Source of the DNA: Marsupella aquatica
Lineage: Eukaryota; Plantae; Marchantiophyta
Reading direction: 5' to 3'
DNA: 64,000 bases
Assembly: GCA_973895155.1 (NCBI GenBank)
Contig: OZ316896.1
Location: 14,914,684 to 14,978,683 of the forward strand
Part shown: positions 13,711 to 27,861 of the stretch, in pieces
How the letters are laid out: each line of letters starts with the position of its first letter
Numbering within the stretch: position 1 is the first letter of the stretch
Notes under the pieces: model-generated
What the model saw: only the letters and a program-made list of their open reading frames with translations
Told to the model about the DNA's origin: nothing
Databases searched by the model: none
Translations under genes and position numbers: made by a program

Positions 13711-16211
13711 ATCTTTGTAGTTCTTGTTTTCAAAAAAGGATGGCTGCAACTATGGCTGGGATATGGCTTTTGGGCATGAGTAATCCCGGGGGGAAATGAA
13801 TTTTGAGAGGGCTCATAGCCAGTCAGCCTGCCATTAGCAAAAAAGTGCGGTTGCCAATTTGGTGTACAACACACTTTAGGTCTGTGTCCCGCACCGCAAA
13901 GTCTTGGCCCGACTAAAAGCCAGTGTCTTGTAATGTTTGAGACGCACTATCAAATAACACCTTTCCATTTAGAGGTCCATCATGTACAGTCTATCTTTGA
14001 TAGATTATTTGTCTCAAAGGCTTTTCTGTTTGTCCCTTGGAAATCTAGATCTATTCAAAATAAACAATCGCCGCAGAAAGCTACTCTTTGGGACCTATTG
14101 CCTAGAGTGATTTGGGAGTCTGTTCCTTTTTTTTTCTTCTTTGAAATCTAAAGTTATCAAAGTATATAATCCCTATAGAAAGCTACTATTTAGGGCCAAC
14201 TGTCTAAAGTAAAACCTTTAGACCCTGACTGGCAACTGACCTGAATGTTCTCACCCCAATTTATGTTCAAAGAAGGGACAAAATAAAGATGAGATGAAGG
14301 GAAACCTATTAGTTCCCAACTGGCCCATAACTCTTCCCTTTTCCTTCAAAGTATAGAGAGGGTTTGGAGATTTTGTGTTGTTGTCATCACAGGGACAGTC
14401 TTGGATATAGACATAAAATCTATTTCACAATTGTAGAGGTGTGAGAGCCATCTGGCATGCCAAGATTCCTCAAGAATGGCTACTTGGTGTAGTTGGTGCA
14501 AGATGACAGATGCATGTTGCCAATTAAAGGGCAAAAATGCCAAACCTGGAGACAAGTTTCCAAAGGCAAAATAACCCAATAAAGGGAGGGAAGAGGAAAG
14601 GGCAAAAAACTCTAGAAGACCAGAGAGGCCAAACAAGCCTCTACAGTGACTTATACTCATAGTATATGATCCATAACATTATGGATCATGATTTGACAGT
14701 CCATAACTTTTTCTGTCTCTAACTTTAATTGCTAAGGTCCATCAAATTTTGAAGTTAGAGACCCCCTCAAGCAATTCAAATGCATGGAGGAAGATTCTAT
14801 AGATTCCTTGTGAATGGTCTATATATGCTTTTTGGTCCCAATGCTTAAATCACAGGTGCCTTTTCAAGAGCTATGGGTGAATCGTAGGATCCAAATTTCA
14901 TTATTAACAGTAAATTTTTCTCTAAATAGTGGAGGAGACTGCACCTTAAACCACCACTGGCCACGTATAATGAGAAGTGTCCAAGGCTTTAATGAAAGGA
15001 AAGAAGTGAGTGGAATATGGAAAAAAGTAAAAGTCTTGGACACTTGCCCATTACATATGGGCAGCTGTGATTTAAAAATGCGCCAACTTTAAAGGTATTT
15101 AGTATTGACTGGCCAAACGTTTTGCACCCGGTAAGAGCAGGCTGCAAACTGGACAGGTTGAAGAGGTACAAGTCGAAGCTGAAGAGCAAGGGAAGGACAA
15201 GACCCATGAAGCCTCACCTGCTTATGAAGGCTTCATCATCCTTCATAGTGGACATCAGGTGACCCGTGAAGGATATAACTCACGAAGGATATGACTTATC
15301 AAATGAAGGATACCTGAGACTTCCTGCTCAGCTGAGCAACGACAAAGCTGCTGCTCTGCATGCCACTAGGATCATGAAGAGTGACGACCTTCACAGGTTT
15401 GGATGAATTGTCAGATGACGTTTGCCGAATTTAGCAGTTCGTACAGGATCCCCTTAGGTGGGCCAGAAATTTTGCTTCCGTGATGTTTGTGTCTTGCGCA
15501 TTGTGAAATAAGTGTTATTTGTTTCTTCAAGAAGCAGCATTAGAAATTCTCCTTTAATTCTTCTAACAGCGGAAAATTCTCGACACCTACATCACAAACA
15601 TGGGGAGGATAAAGCGTATGCTGCAGTTGTTAAGACGAAGGGCGAATTGGAATTGAAGCGAATTCGATTGGAACCATTCAAAGAGGGACACAGACAGCGA
15701 AAAAATGAATTCGTTTTCGAAGTCCATGTGAAATAACCCATCCATATTCCGGAGGGGCGTCGGGACTAGAGCATGAACATTGTCAAAATCATCAACACGC
15801 AAGGCAAGCAGACTGAAAACGGAAAAATGGAAGGAAGAAGAAGAAGAAAAAATCACCATAAGTAGAAGTTTCCACCTAAGAGATGAAATGGTCCAACCCA
15901 GAAAAATTTCAACAAACCGAGAGATGTTGGCTTGTTCGTCTTCTCCATGTCTGTCTTGGGCGGATTACTTTGTGACCAAGAAGTCTGTCCTTCTATCTGA
16001 TTTCGTTTCCATAAATGACGAACCTCCAACGGATTGCATCACGCTCTGGAAGTTATTTTTCGCTACTCCATTTTCCTACCGCAGGGAGGTTTTTCACTCA
16101 AAATCTTGGTCAAAATCATCACCATTTCTAAAAGAGAAGATAAACCTACATTATCGTGGTGCAGCTGCCTCCCTGAGAACTTATCTTGAGTTGCTCTTCT
16201 AATGACTCCAG

Positions 16212-19200
16212 ACAGGATGATCGTCTCCTTGTAACAAGAAGAATCAAGAGAGACCTATGGGGACACGATGTGCACACTCACTCCAACCGCTGCATTGCAC
16301 TACTAAACAGATACCATATTCAGGTATGTATTCTTCTATTTTCAATGAAAGCCAGTTCTCAACCTGGCAACAGCCATGAGCTTCTGCTTCTTTCGTTCAA
16401 TGGTTTTAATTTCTTGACAGATGGTGAATGACACAGTCACTAATGCTTTAATTAGTAGATTCTGTCTTCCTAGCTGGAAGACTGTTATAGGAATGAACCC
16501 ATTGTACACGTCTGGCAAGCAGAGTTTTTTACTCAGTGTATTCTTAATGGAGTTTTTTTTCTTTTCTATATAAATTACTATAGAGGCAGAAATTCAGCCA
16601 CTGCAAAAATTCCAACTACTGGCACTACGCACGAATGATGGCCTGATGATTTTCAGCATTCATATAACCTGCCTCAAGAATGATTTTACATATTGCCTGT
16701 TCGACTCAGAAAAGTCACATGCATCAGAAAATATACAGTCTTGCCAAAGTCATAGTTTTCAGAAGCATTCTGAGGTAATTGTTCGAAGAGGTATGCATGT
16801 CTGTATGGAAGGCTGATTTAATCCTGACGTAAGCTGTTCTCTTCCAGGTTCTGAGTTATGGGCGAGATAAACGTGTAATACTAGAGGCAGCAAATGCGGA
16901 CAAAAGCTGTGCATTGGCGTGTGCTTTAGCTGCTGCATATCTATGGGGTCATAAAAATTCCAGCAAAGCCTCACCTCAAGTGGTTGTCTACCTTTCAGCA
17001 GCCAAAGCGAATTGGGTACTTCTCTTCTAGGAATATGCTTCTTTGATGACGTTGTGCCCAAATGGAGCCACTCTTCTTGTATTTCTGATGAACTGATCTG
17101 TGGGCCCCGAGGGCATATTTTTCCCGTACTTCAAAGATTCACCACGAAGCTATAGAGTGTGTCGATTTTCTTCCCGAGAATATTGTCTCCTAAGCCGTAA
17201 GATGTGATTTTTGAGGACTTGAGGAATCTGCTCAGATCTTGCTGCAAAGAATACACGTTCTCACTTGTACATTGTATATCTGTCATCTCCTTGTGCAGGA
17301 AAGCGCCTCAGCGTATGAACAGCTAGTCGTTGGGGCAGTATTAGATTGGATAGCAGGAGATGATGAAGTTGCACTCAGTTCCTATTTTGAGGCAGGTGCT
17401 CGTTCTCTGGTTCGATAGGAGCTGGTTGTACCATTCTTTAGCCTTTGAAATTATTCTACATTGCCACAGCAACTTTAAATGACCCCACACATTTCTTGGT
17501 GTTTCAGGTTTTAGACAGCTATCCAAGAGACCTTGGGTCGTTGAAGACAGCACAGACACTAAGCTTTCACATGGGAAGGACCAGTGACATGCTCAGAGTA
17601 GCATGGCAGGTAAAACTGGGTTGTCTGTGACCCTATTGTGATGGTTGAAAGCGACGATCTCATTTAGTCCATCAGTTTTCTTCTCAAGTTTTCATCAGGC
17701 ATGCACGATTTATTGATTGTAAATTTAACCACAGAAAAATTGATGTAGTATAGAAATGAAATTTTCTGTTCTTAGCCAGATCGATTCCTTCATCGTCTGC
17801 TAAGTACTGGCATTGGGCTATCTCGGTCTATCCGATTAGTTTCGTTACAGGCTCGCGACAACACTCAGCTTTTGTAGCTTTTTGTTCGTCATGGAACAGG
17901 TTCTGCATGTGAATTTGGGGACTCCATATGTGTATGGAATGTTAGCGTTTGGTTTGTCGGAGGTTGGGAGCATAAAGGAGGCAGAAAAGTTTGCACGACT
18001 AGCTTTGTCGATTGAGCCTCAAGATGTATGGGCCCAGCATGCGGTGCGTGTCAAATCAGCCTATGACATTTTCTGTGTGTTTGGAGTGGAAGCTTGAACG
18101 TGTCCGAGTCAGTGTTTTGTGTTTGATATGTCGTCGAAGGAGTTGATTGTGCTGCGTCGCTTCTTCATTCGCCAGGTGAATTTTCGTTTAGGGTGGGTGG
18201 CTAGATAGAGCCGTGTTTGTTTTAATTTCGCTTCAGTGTTTGACAACTTTTCCCCATTTTTCAGCTCTGCCATGCCCTTCAGCATCAATGCAGATTCAAG
18301 GAAGCCCTGGCTTTCATGGCGAAACACTCAACCTCATGGGACAATTGCTGCACATTCATGTACTTTCTATTGTCTTTCTTCCCGTTCTGTAGGGTCGGTT
18401 GAATGAGCCAGGTCTACCACACTTTTGACTTCGCTTCTGAATCTGGAGCTGACCCCTAGAATCGATCTGTCATTCATAATTTACTTTCAATTCTGCAGAT
18501 ATGTTCACAATTGGTGGCACATGGCTCTCTGCCAGCTTGAATTTGGAGGATGTAATGCGATAAATAAGGTCCTTGCAATCTTTGACAATCGAATATGGGG
18601 AGTCCGGCATGGACACAAGACTTCTCAGGTTCACTCGTGAAGCGTCCTTTCCTTGTGTGGTTACTGCACTGCATATGCCCAATAATCTTAGGGAGTGAAA
18701 TCTGCAATCGCTAACCAATAAAGGCTCAATTATAGCGAAGGAAGCTAAAAGTTTGGGGGGAAATTGCGTTCAATGCTGTGAGGGATCCATATTCACTGTG
18801 AAGCACCATTGGGTTTGGCCAGCTGATGAGCTTCTCGAAAGAGAGGGCAGTAGGTCTATGTCATGGACTGTTTCCAACATATTGATTGCATGCAAGGGGC
18901 TCATGGGCAATATGTTCATGAAACAGAGCCACATTGATGGACTTGGTCTCCTCCTACGACTAGACCTTCGTGGTCACAGCAATACCATAGGAGAACGAAT
19001 TTCCCAATTGGCCGATTCCATAAAAGTATCAGTGAGTAGGCTTCGAAAGTCTTTTATTTGAGCCTTGTCTGCTACCAACTGTTTTAGACTCGACGTGTAC
19101 CTACTTGCCATGCAATTCGTATCATTGCAATCAGTACCAAATTCTGTTCATTTCTTCAGTCCCTAGCTATCAAATTATCACCCGTCAGTGTACTCTTAAC

Positions 19201-20708
19201 TCTATAGACTCACGAGGAAGGTTGATATTTTTTGTAATAGTAGTGATCATTTTGTGACATCCGTACTCAAGCATCCGTTCTTCGAACTGTTATTCTCCAT
19301 CGATGGTGGGATTTCAGACGTCTTGCCGTGAAGAGGAGCTGTTACTGGAAGTTCTCTCTATATGGGCGCTGTCACGCGCAGATCAGTTGGCTGAAGCCGA
19401 GCAAAAACTTAAAAAGATAGAGTCCAGGTAAACTCTAAGCTCAAAGAAAGCTATGATACACTTTTTGCAAAAGCCTGCTAATCCGCAACAATGATGCAGC
19501 GTTTGACTGATTGCCGTGCAGAAGTTTGGCAGTGGACGCACGTGAAAATGGAGTGTGGGAGATCGTGACTCAAGTACACTTTCGAGAGACTTGATTTTGT
19601 GCAGTACATTATGTGTCTAAAGCGGAGAAGCTCCCCTGTTTCTTTGACCAGTGATGAATGTCGCGTTGATTTGGAATTTTGATTTCCTGTTGGAGGGTGT
19701 TTTGTGCATCAACAAGAGCCATTATGAGTTACAACAGAGGCATTTCACTGAACAGTCTCTTAGCTGCAACGCTTATTTAAGGGGCATAGTGTTTTCTAAT
19801 GTCATTCATTGGTTTTTGTATTCATGATGGCAGCTTCTCACAGCCTTGTATGAATTTGGGAGGGCTAATTACGAGGCCGTTTGCCAAGCTATGGGACCAC
19901 CTTTTAACGCCAATAATTTTAAGGTACGATCGTGTTTTTGTCGCAGGAATTGTTCTTTGGGGCTCAAGTAGATCATGTTGACCTCAAGTTCTTAGTCTCA
20001 CTATTGTTGTATTCTCAGAGTTTCAGTCTCCAGTGTCTGGGTTCCAGTTCAACCTTATGAGCTTGCATCTGCTATGCACTTTCTGTCTAATTGTGACTTG
20101 TTGACGAAGACGTCTTCCCTTCCTACTTTCCTTTGTTCGTGATGTAATGCTCTTGATGTTCTTTTTGTCAGATACTAGGGGCTTCCAACGAACAGTTAGA
20201 AGTATTTGAGGAAATGTGGTGTGTATCTCATCTCCGAGCAGGGCACTTCGAAAGAGGTCTGTGGGAATAATACCTTCGTTCTTTCCAAATCTGTACTTCT
20301 TCTGGTTTCTTACTCTACATGCATTTCCTACATGGTTTCAAATCTCTATTGCTTAACCTGTGCATCGTTTGCTGTCAGTGATTCAAGTTGTCGAGCAGCG
20401 AACCAGAGAACGACCAGGTGTTTCATTCAATTGGAGAATACTGGTGAACACAATAGACTGTTACCGCTGTGTAGTGTCTTGCTCCTGTTCGTATGCTTGA
20501 GCTGCCATCGGAAGGTTTTGCTGCCAGAAAGTTCAGCTTATCTGCAATCATCTCTGCAGATTGTACAGTATATGAATGACCTGATGTATTTCTTGCTTTG
20601 GCATGATGACAGGAAGAAGCGTATTCAAATGCAGGGCAGGGAGCTGAAGCAAAACTTGCAGCCAGTAAGGCAATTGCACTGGAAGCAGCTGCTGATGAAG
20701 ATTGTTGA
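16212..20708 (+). CDS. Tetratricopeptide repeat protein 38 (TTC38)-like gene, ~13 exons; start codon not resolved
   Basis: Exons encode DLWGHDVHTHSNRCI, VLSYGRDKRVILEAA, YPRDLGSLKTAQTLSFHMG, YVYGMLAFGL, DVWAQHA/LCHALQHQCRFKEA, YVHNWWHMALC, GLGLLLRLDLRG and ILGASNEQLEVFEE, all characteristic of plant TTC38 homologs. Last exon 20613-20708 ends in TGA. Confidence 0.85.
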
Positions 20709-21889
20709 CAGCGCCGGGAGTGTTCTAATCAAGTTTGTAACATCGTTCGTGTCCCATCTTGTTGGACAGCCAAATGCGTAAGGCAGGGCTACTGTCTTCG
20801 AGAACTCTCTTATAGACAGATATCAGCAACAATGCCAAGGTTAACTAAGAGCCTTCCTCACAAAGGACTTCGTTGCCTTCTGACAGAAGATGAGAACCCA
20901 AATTCTAGCGTGGGGAGAGGTGAAGTTACTTTCACCTTCTTATGTTAAGCTAATTGAGGCTTTTCTCGCCCTCTAAAGAAATGATTTATGAAGTAATCTG
21001 ATGACCCGAAAAGAAGAGGAGAACCCTTTCACTACAATCGGGTCAGCTAGGGACATCAAAAGGAGAATAGAGCCCGGAGAGAGACAGAGAAACAACTAAG
21101 AACATATATGATGCGATCTTCAAAACTGTCGGGGTTTCTCTTCCCCTCATCAGTTGTTTTGATTTACCATTTCATTCGCACATAACTGGCTATTTGCACA
21201 TCTAGAATATTGGAGAAACTGACAAACAGTGGGCTGCAGCGCAGGTCTTATGAAAGCAATCATTGGAATCCAAGCAATTAGAACTTTGACATAGATCCCT
21301 CTGTGATCTTGGCAGTGATCGTACAAACGTTAACGACATGGACTTAATGTGGAAAATGCATTACTAACCACGAATTAACCCACAGAAAAGTTGATTGCAT
21401 CCCATTTCCTTTACTGGAAACCCGCTATGTACTTTGGATTCTTTTCTTTTGGGTAACGCTTATCGGTCAAGACAAAAAATACGTTGGACCATCGGTTGAG
21501 CAGTCTATCTGCGGGCCTAGTGGCCATCGAGTTACGTACGAAATAAGCGTTGTGTGGAGCTAGTTGCTACTGTAGCTAGCCGGCTGGCCGGCTGGGCGGC
21601 AGGCGAACTGCCTGCTGCGGTACAGAAATCGTCGTCCAGTTCCCCAACGCCTTGCCACTACACTCCAGGAACGGCTCTGCCGGCTCTGCCGGCTCTGCCG
21701 AATGGGTCAAAATTTCTTACAGTAAGAAATCATGAGACCGATACGTGAAGGTCGAGAGTGTCGAGTCGAGACTTCCCCGCCAGTCTAGTCTAGTCAAGTT
21801 CAATCCTGTCCCCTGATTTCATATGCGGACCTGTCAAAGAATACTAGCTGTACCTTGAGCTTTTCAGTCGCTTCCTTAGTAGAAGCGTC

Positions 21890-23473
21890 ACTCGTTCCTC
21901 AATGACATTTCAACGTCGATGGTGGGAATCAGTCACTCCGTTGACTAAGTACCTGTTGCTGAATTCTTCCGAAGAATAATCTAGCACGAAACTGTCCCGC
22001 GCTTGATCTCTCGTCTGGAATTGAGGACCAATGTCTTCACACAATTCTAGATCCACCGTGAGCCACTCGTTACGCAATGGCATTTCGACGTCGATGGAGA
22101 GAGTCAGCCACTCCAGTGTCGCCCTGTTGCTCAATTGCTGCAACGTACTTACCATGTCTACGGTATCCACCCAGTAAACTGCTGAGATACATTGTCTTCC
22201 AGTCCGTTTCTCGAAGCTCCTCTGGTTTTACGTTCTGAAAGACCTTTACAGTAGGAGTTTCTGCTGGTGATGGAAATGCATTCTTTCTGTGGCCTCGGCG
22301 TAGTTGCTCAGAGTGGCCAATTGTGTCCGCTACTATCGGCGGACGCGAATTTGGATGACGTTGTGGTGACCGGCCACGCTGAAGTCGCCCCATTTCGCCC
22401 GAGTTAATAACCGGGGAGTTCACTTTCGACAGCTGGCTGATGAAGGCCTCCTCCGATGCTCCCATCTGCTCCCGCAGGTCATCAAGCAAGAGCTTTAATT
22501 TCAGAATAACTTACAATACTGCATGCACCGAAACTGAATTTGACCGAGCGAATTTCAAGAACTTTATCTAGCCAAGGCACCCCTAACTTATTTAGAAAAC
22601 ATTAAGTACTATACAATTGACAAGGAATAATGAGTCGCAGCAAAAATTCTAGGCCGTGGTGCAGTTTTAACAAGCTAGGAATTTAATTTTAGCTCGTCGG
22701 AGTTTCAATTTGTTGATGATCCTCTTCCTCCCGTGATTAGTCTCGACCATAACTACTCCTATAGGTTACTTCGATTAAAATTTAGATAACATGTAACAAG
22801 ACCTATAGATGTTCCCAACAAAAGATCCGAGGACAGAGTTATGGGGCATTACAGCGAATGAGGAACACCTCGTATTCTAAGTTCAAGAGCTTGATTTGTA
22901 AATATAATTATCAAATCAAGAATTAGAAGATAGGTAGAAATTTACATGAGGATGCAGGGGATGAAAAGGAGGTCAAAATTCACATTACGAACTGAAATAC
23001 GGTTCATTGTGTTGCTTCACCTAGCTGGAGGGATTATGAAATCGCATTTATTACGAACTACACATTGGCCTGTGGAATGACACACTCGCAGTCGCTCAAA
23101 TCTTACAAGAAAATTGAGCCTCACCAGTACATGCGTATGTTCTACTTTTCAAAGTATTAAGAAGCCAAACCATAGCTCTCAAGGCCGACTTGCTCCCTCA
23201 AGCTCAAGATCCACAGAGGTTTTAGTGCCTGCCTGCTGAATCTCTGACCACGTGCTGGCGCCATCTGTATCCATTTCACATGCGCCACCTAGAAATCCTG
23301 CATGTGCTCCCAGGACAAACGATAATCCAGCAACCAACAGTATCCCAAGAATATTTCTTACAACTACTGCCGCACTCCTCTTGGGTTTCGAGCTGGAAAC
23401 AGGAATCAGCGAGTGCGTCTCCTCAGCCCTTGTCGTCGCTGTTGAGCCATCCCAGACGGCTGGGCTCAAATTC
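21890..23473 (-). pseudogene. Frameshifted or degenerate gene for a protein with one N-terminal transmembrane helix; family unknown
   Basis: TM segment NILGILLVAGLSFVLGAHAGFLGG. Downstream ORFs 22070-22489 and 21910-22170 overlap in different frames. An internal repeat (WLTLSIDVEMPLRNEW / *LIPTIDVEMSLRNE*) carries stops in the second copy. Confidence 0.4.
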
Positions 23474-24299
23474 TGATGAAAGGGAATAGCATCTTTGCTT
23501 CTGGATTTGGCCGAGCATGTGGAACAGGCAACAAAATCGATGCGACTTCGTACACAACGCCGACCTTCACACTCGCCTTCGCATTCGGCTTCAATGCCAG
23601 TTGAACCTTTCGCACTCTCTGTAGACGAAAATATTATTTGTCAGACATGTACGACAATACTATGCAATCGTTTAAATGGATTAAGTCATTGGAACAGCTT
23701 TGTGATATTCCTGAATTTGGATAATGATTCCGTACTGAATTAATAGACCTTGAAATGTCTAATCCAAAATTCCTTATCTCGTGGAACACTGCTCTACATT
23801 TGTCTACTCCATATATACGCAGGACCGTCGTAACCTACACATCGGGCATTTCTCACGTCTCACGTTTCTGAAGACTTGATACAAGCGAATATTTATGTAC
23901 GGAAAGGGGGAAAGCAGAAAAAGGTCGAATACATTACCGATCTCAAGGTCAGCTGGAGAAGGCGAAACGGGAGCAGAAAAAGGACCCTCGTTCAATTTTT
24001 GTCCACTGACCGTGTCAACCTGGTCTCCACGGAAAGATCGAAATTAAACTTTCACGTACAGTGCTACGTAAAGCACAGTCAACCAATCAGTAAAACCGCA
24101 AATCAGTCAAGCAGGTTTGCATTCAACATTTAACAACCAAAAATTCACCTCTGGCAGAAGTCTCTCGAGGCCAGATAAGATGCCCTTTATATCGCATTCA
24201 TCAGATTGTGACCTCAATAAGACACGGGTTGCGCCTAGTGTCGAAGAAATGCCGCGGTCAGCCGACTCTTGCGTCCGAGGCAATGTCGATTGAGAATCA

Positions 24300-27200
24300 C
24301 TATCTAAGGATTGCAGGCGCTGCTGCATCGTAAAACCCGCAGCAAAAAAAACTGCCGCGTGAAGATCTCTCTGACTCGGGTATTTTCGTTCCTTTGGCTT
24401 CTTCCGTTGCCCTCCTATCACTGGGAAACAAAATCCCCATATTCAACTTTTCAATACCAGCGAGTAGGTGAGAAGCATGGTTGAATGGCGCACTGCTACA
24501 TTTGTACCTTAGGTTTGTTGCAAGACTAAGGCTATAAAGCAAGGATATTACGGTCAGTCTTGACAGAGAATGGAAAATGAAGGCTACATCCATCAACGTA
24601 CCCAAAAGTGGTCTTGTCTCAGAGTACTCCGTGACAAAGTCTTTCAAAATCGAATCGAGTCCAAGAAAATCGCCTTCAAAGTCTTGAAAGGAGGGTATCT
24701 GAGCAGGAAGTATCATTTCCCGTCATTAGTGATTTTTTCGAACAGGGGAGCGGGCAGTGGAGATAATTCTCAGAAATAATGCAGTTCAAAATGACAAAAA
24801 GATCCGTTCAAAAGAATGATACTCTATAGCTAATCGAAATTAAGATCTTTTTGAAATTTAGTTGACATAGTAAATTTAATTTACATCACATCATGTTCGC
24901 TGAAATCCATGTTCTGAAAGTCTAACCTGAGATTGAGCCCCATCCCCTTGCAGTTGGCCAAGGGATTCCTGATTGTTCTCTCCGAATTTGGGTTGGAGCC
25001 CATCGACTCTACCGTGAGATAGTGCCGCACATCCTTGCTGCTGGTCGGGGACATCCAGATTGTTCTCGACGACTGAGCCCGCTGGATGTGGAAGGGGCTC
25101 AACTTCGGGTTCTTTATGCGAAGACATCAAAAAACTGCCTCACACAATGTCAAGCATCATGAGGACGTGGCTTGCAATAATTTCCGCTCCTTCCGACATT
25201 TTAAATATCGTGCATGTACAAGTGACAGATAGGTCCCAATACTCCGGTGGAGTTTAAAATCCTGACTTAATTCCGAGTAAAAACCTATGCTAGTCGTCTT
25301 CTCATGTTTTCCAATAGATTTAGACGTACGGAGTATATTATAAAGTCCTACCTTAAAATCCGCTTTTGCTAGGGTACGGTACCGATTTGGAGTTTCATTC
25401 GCTACCTTGTGTTGAAAACTGAATTCATACCTTTCTGGAAATTCATCATAGAGAAACGCCTCCAGGTCCATGTCCAAGCAGTCATCATTGTCATATTCTG
25501 GGGGACCTTTACATTGCACCACAACCTGCAGATGGCGAATATTGTCAACCGTGCTATGTGATTAAATATTATAAACTACTGTAAGACTGCAACGACGTCG
25601 AAGGCGGCTTCACAGTTCCTCTCTCCTTTGTAACTTTATTGCTCGACACGGCTTACGTTCAAGGCAAAAATAAATAAAATTGCAAGGATGAAGTTCTTCG
25701 ATGTTGATCCGCTCTTTAAGTGTTTGTTGAATTGTAAATCACTTTCGTGCGACACTCGGTTTCTTGTACGTCAACGGCTTTGGACAATTAGATAATTGCC
25801 GCTCATTCCTTCTATAGAACCTACCATACGCAAACGCACGAAAAACTATCACGTAGGTTAAGTTTACCCAATTTGCTTTAGATTGCGTTGACTAAACTTT
25901 ATACTGAACGTAGGAAGTACGCAGTCCATAATTATCGTCATAGTGAACTACTTATGAGCTATTCGATCGAATCTGCAGCTTGACGTACCTGGAGCTTCGC
26001 AGTGCGATGCCGCGAATTGCTCGCTGAGAGGGGATACTCGAGGTATATTTCAGAATCATCCTCTCCGACAAACTGCATGCGCGAGTACGAAAGGGATGAG
26101 GTTGACAATTCATCACATATATGATAAGTACGGTCGTTCAAATTTTCGCAGAACGTGTCCGCAGTCCCAGCAACAAATATCACTGACCTCTATTACATTT
26201 CAGTGCAAAAATCTGAGGGGAGGCCATAGTACTACAGCTATGACTACAAATCCATTGAGGCACTGGGAGCCTGTACTCCTTGGCCGATTGTACGTTTTCA
26301 GTCAATTTCAAGAGTGAATGTGAAACGAGAACAAAGGTTTGAGCTAGCCGGCAGTCACAAAGTGATATAAAAAAATTCTGTTATGGCTCAATTGATGTCT
26401 TCAAGACAAGATCGAATATTAATTCCAACAACAGGAGAAATTTGTCTGACGACAGTAGCTAAGATTGTACCTCTTGGAGATCAATAGTTACGTGACCAGT
26501 GAGCCCAGAGTTGAATACCTGTTAAATTGGACAGTGTTCTGAAAATGAGATTCGAAATCTCTGAAGAAGCAAATTCAAGTCTCAAGATTGTGCCATTCAT
26601 GCGACAATTTAACGATTGGACACCACATACATCCATGGAAGAATTCCATATTGTCCGATCAGTATGGGATTGAATTGTAAGGAGGAAGGGATACAGTAAT
26701 AATTACCTCATCTACTCGTTTTTAATCCGCAACCACCAGCAGACAATTATGCAACAAGTAACAGGACAGGTAAAGTAAGGAGGAGAAATGCTTCAGATTG
26801 TTGGAAAGGTAGCTACTATCTGTGAGCAATTTACCGGTACATTTATGGTAGAGCGTTTGGCAGCTCGCAAAGGTGTAAAGGTAAGTACGTTCGAACATTG
26901 CCAATTACATTTTTGTTTTCTACGATTCATTTTAGCTGATTAATGATGCATTCTGTTTTGGCAGCATTCAAAGTACTGACAGTGAATTCTGAGCGCAATT
27001 AATTTTTTCCAGACGTCTACTCGATCCAAATGCAGAACGCTCTTGAGATCCGGGGTTGGTACTTCTGCATGCAATTGATCAATTATGTAGCTAGTCTGTA
27101 GTATTCAACTGATGTCCGGTAGATGATTTAACTTACCGACATATATGTGAAGCTTTGTGACCGACACTGCATCTGTTGAGACAAATTTGTAGCTCCGTCT

Positions 27201-27861
27201 CTGGTTAATGTCACATTGACTTCCAGAAATCTGAAATTCACCGATTTCCTGCTGTCCGGTGCCATACAGTGTAGTGAGTTTCAGAAATCTCTTTGGGAGT
27301 TCTTCACTTCGAACACCTGGCGATCCAGAAGAGGATCCAGCAGAGTTAAACGAACGTGATGGTTGAAGCGGGACGCTAATATCCGAAACCGTGAGAAATG
27401 TCACGGTACAATCGTACTCCCGTGAAAGATACTGCATGTGCATCGGGTAAACTCGATGTCCGAACATGTCTAATTTCTCATGAATGAACCATTTGACCGA
27501 GTACACATTCGCTCTACTGAAGCAACTGCATCCTCAATCTACTCGACAAATTGCCAGTTCGTAGGATCATTCCACTGATCGATTAAGAGTTTCTGCACAG
27601 CGCTACCGCAACATGATGCTGGATTGGAGCACCTCGCTCAGCTCCCACGCCGGTTCTAGCTGGTCAATGGAAGAACGCACTTCGAAGCGGAAGAAAATCC
27701 TCAATATTCCCCACTGTCCAGCGCGAGCACCACGATGCTCCCACGATCTTCTCACTCTGAGCTTCCACAGTGCCGTCACCACTTCTTCTCGGTTTCTCAG
27801 TCGATCTGGGCCAAACAAACGAATCTACCGCACCACCACTGTAGAGAACCCAAATGCTCAT
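24300..27861 (-). pseudogene. Degenerate multi-exon gene, weakly MATH/BTB-like
   Basis: Protein-like minus-strand ORFs at 27664-27861, 27105-27506, 25959-26183, 25157-25522, 24891-25130 and 24300-24716, with AG/GT boundaries and stops. WTVGNIEDF resembles a MATH first strand; QDFKLHRSIGTYLSLVHARYLKCR resembles a BTB start. The domain assignment is tentative. Confidence 0.3.

Noticed and set aside
15780-16202. 140-aa ORF as a possible TTC38 first exon
   Set aside because: Different frame from the conserved exon and no supported splice join; the start is left unresolved.
20206-20781. 191-aa plus-strand ORF
   Set aside because: Off-frame read-through of the last TTC38-like exons and introns.
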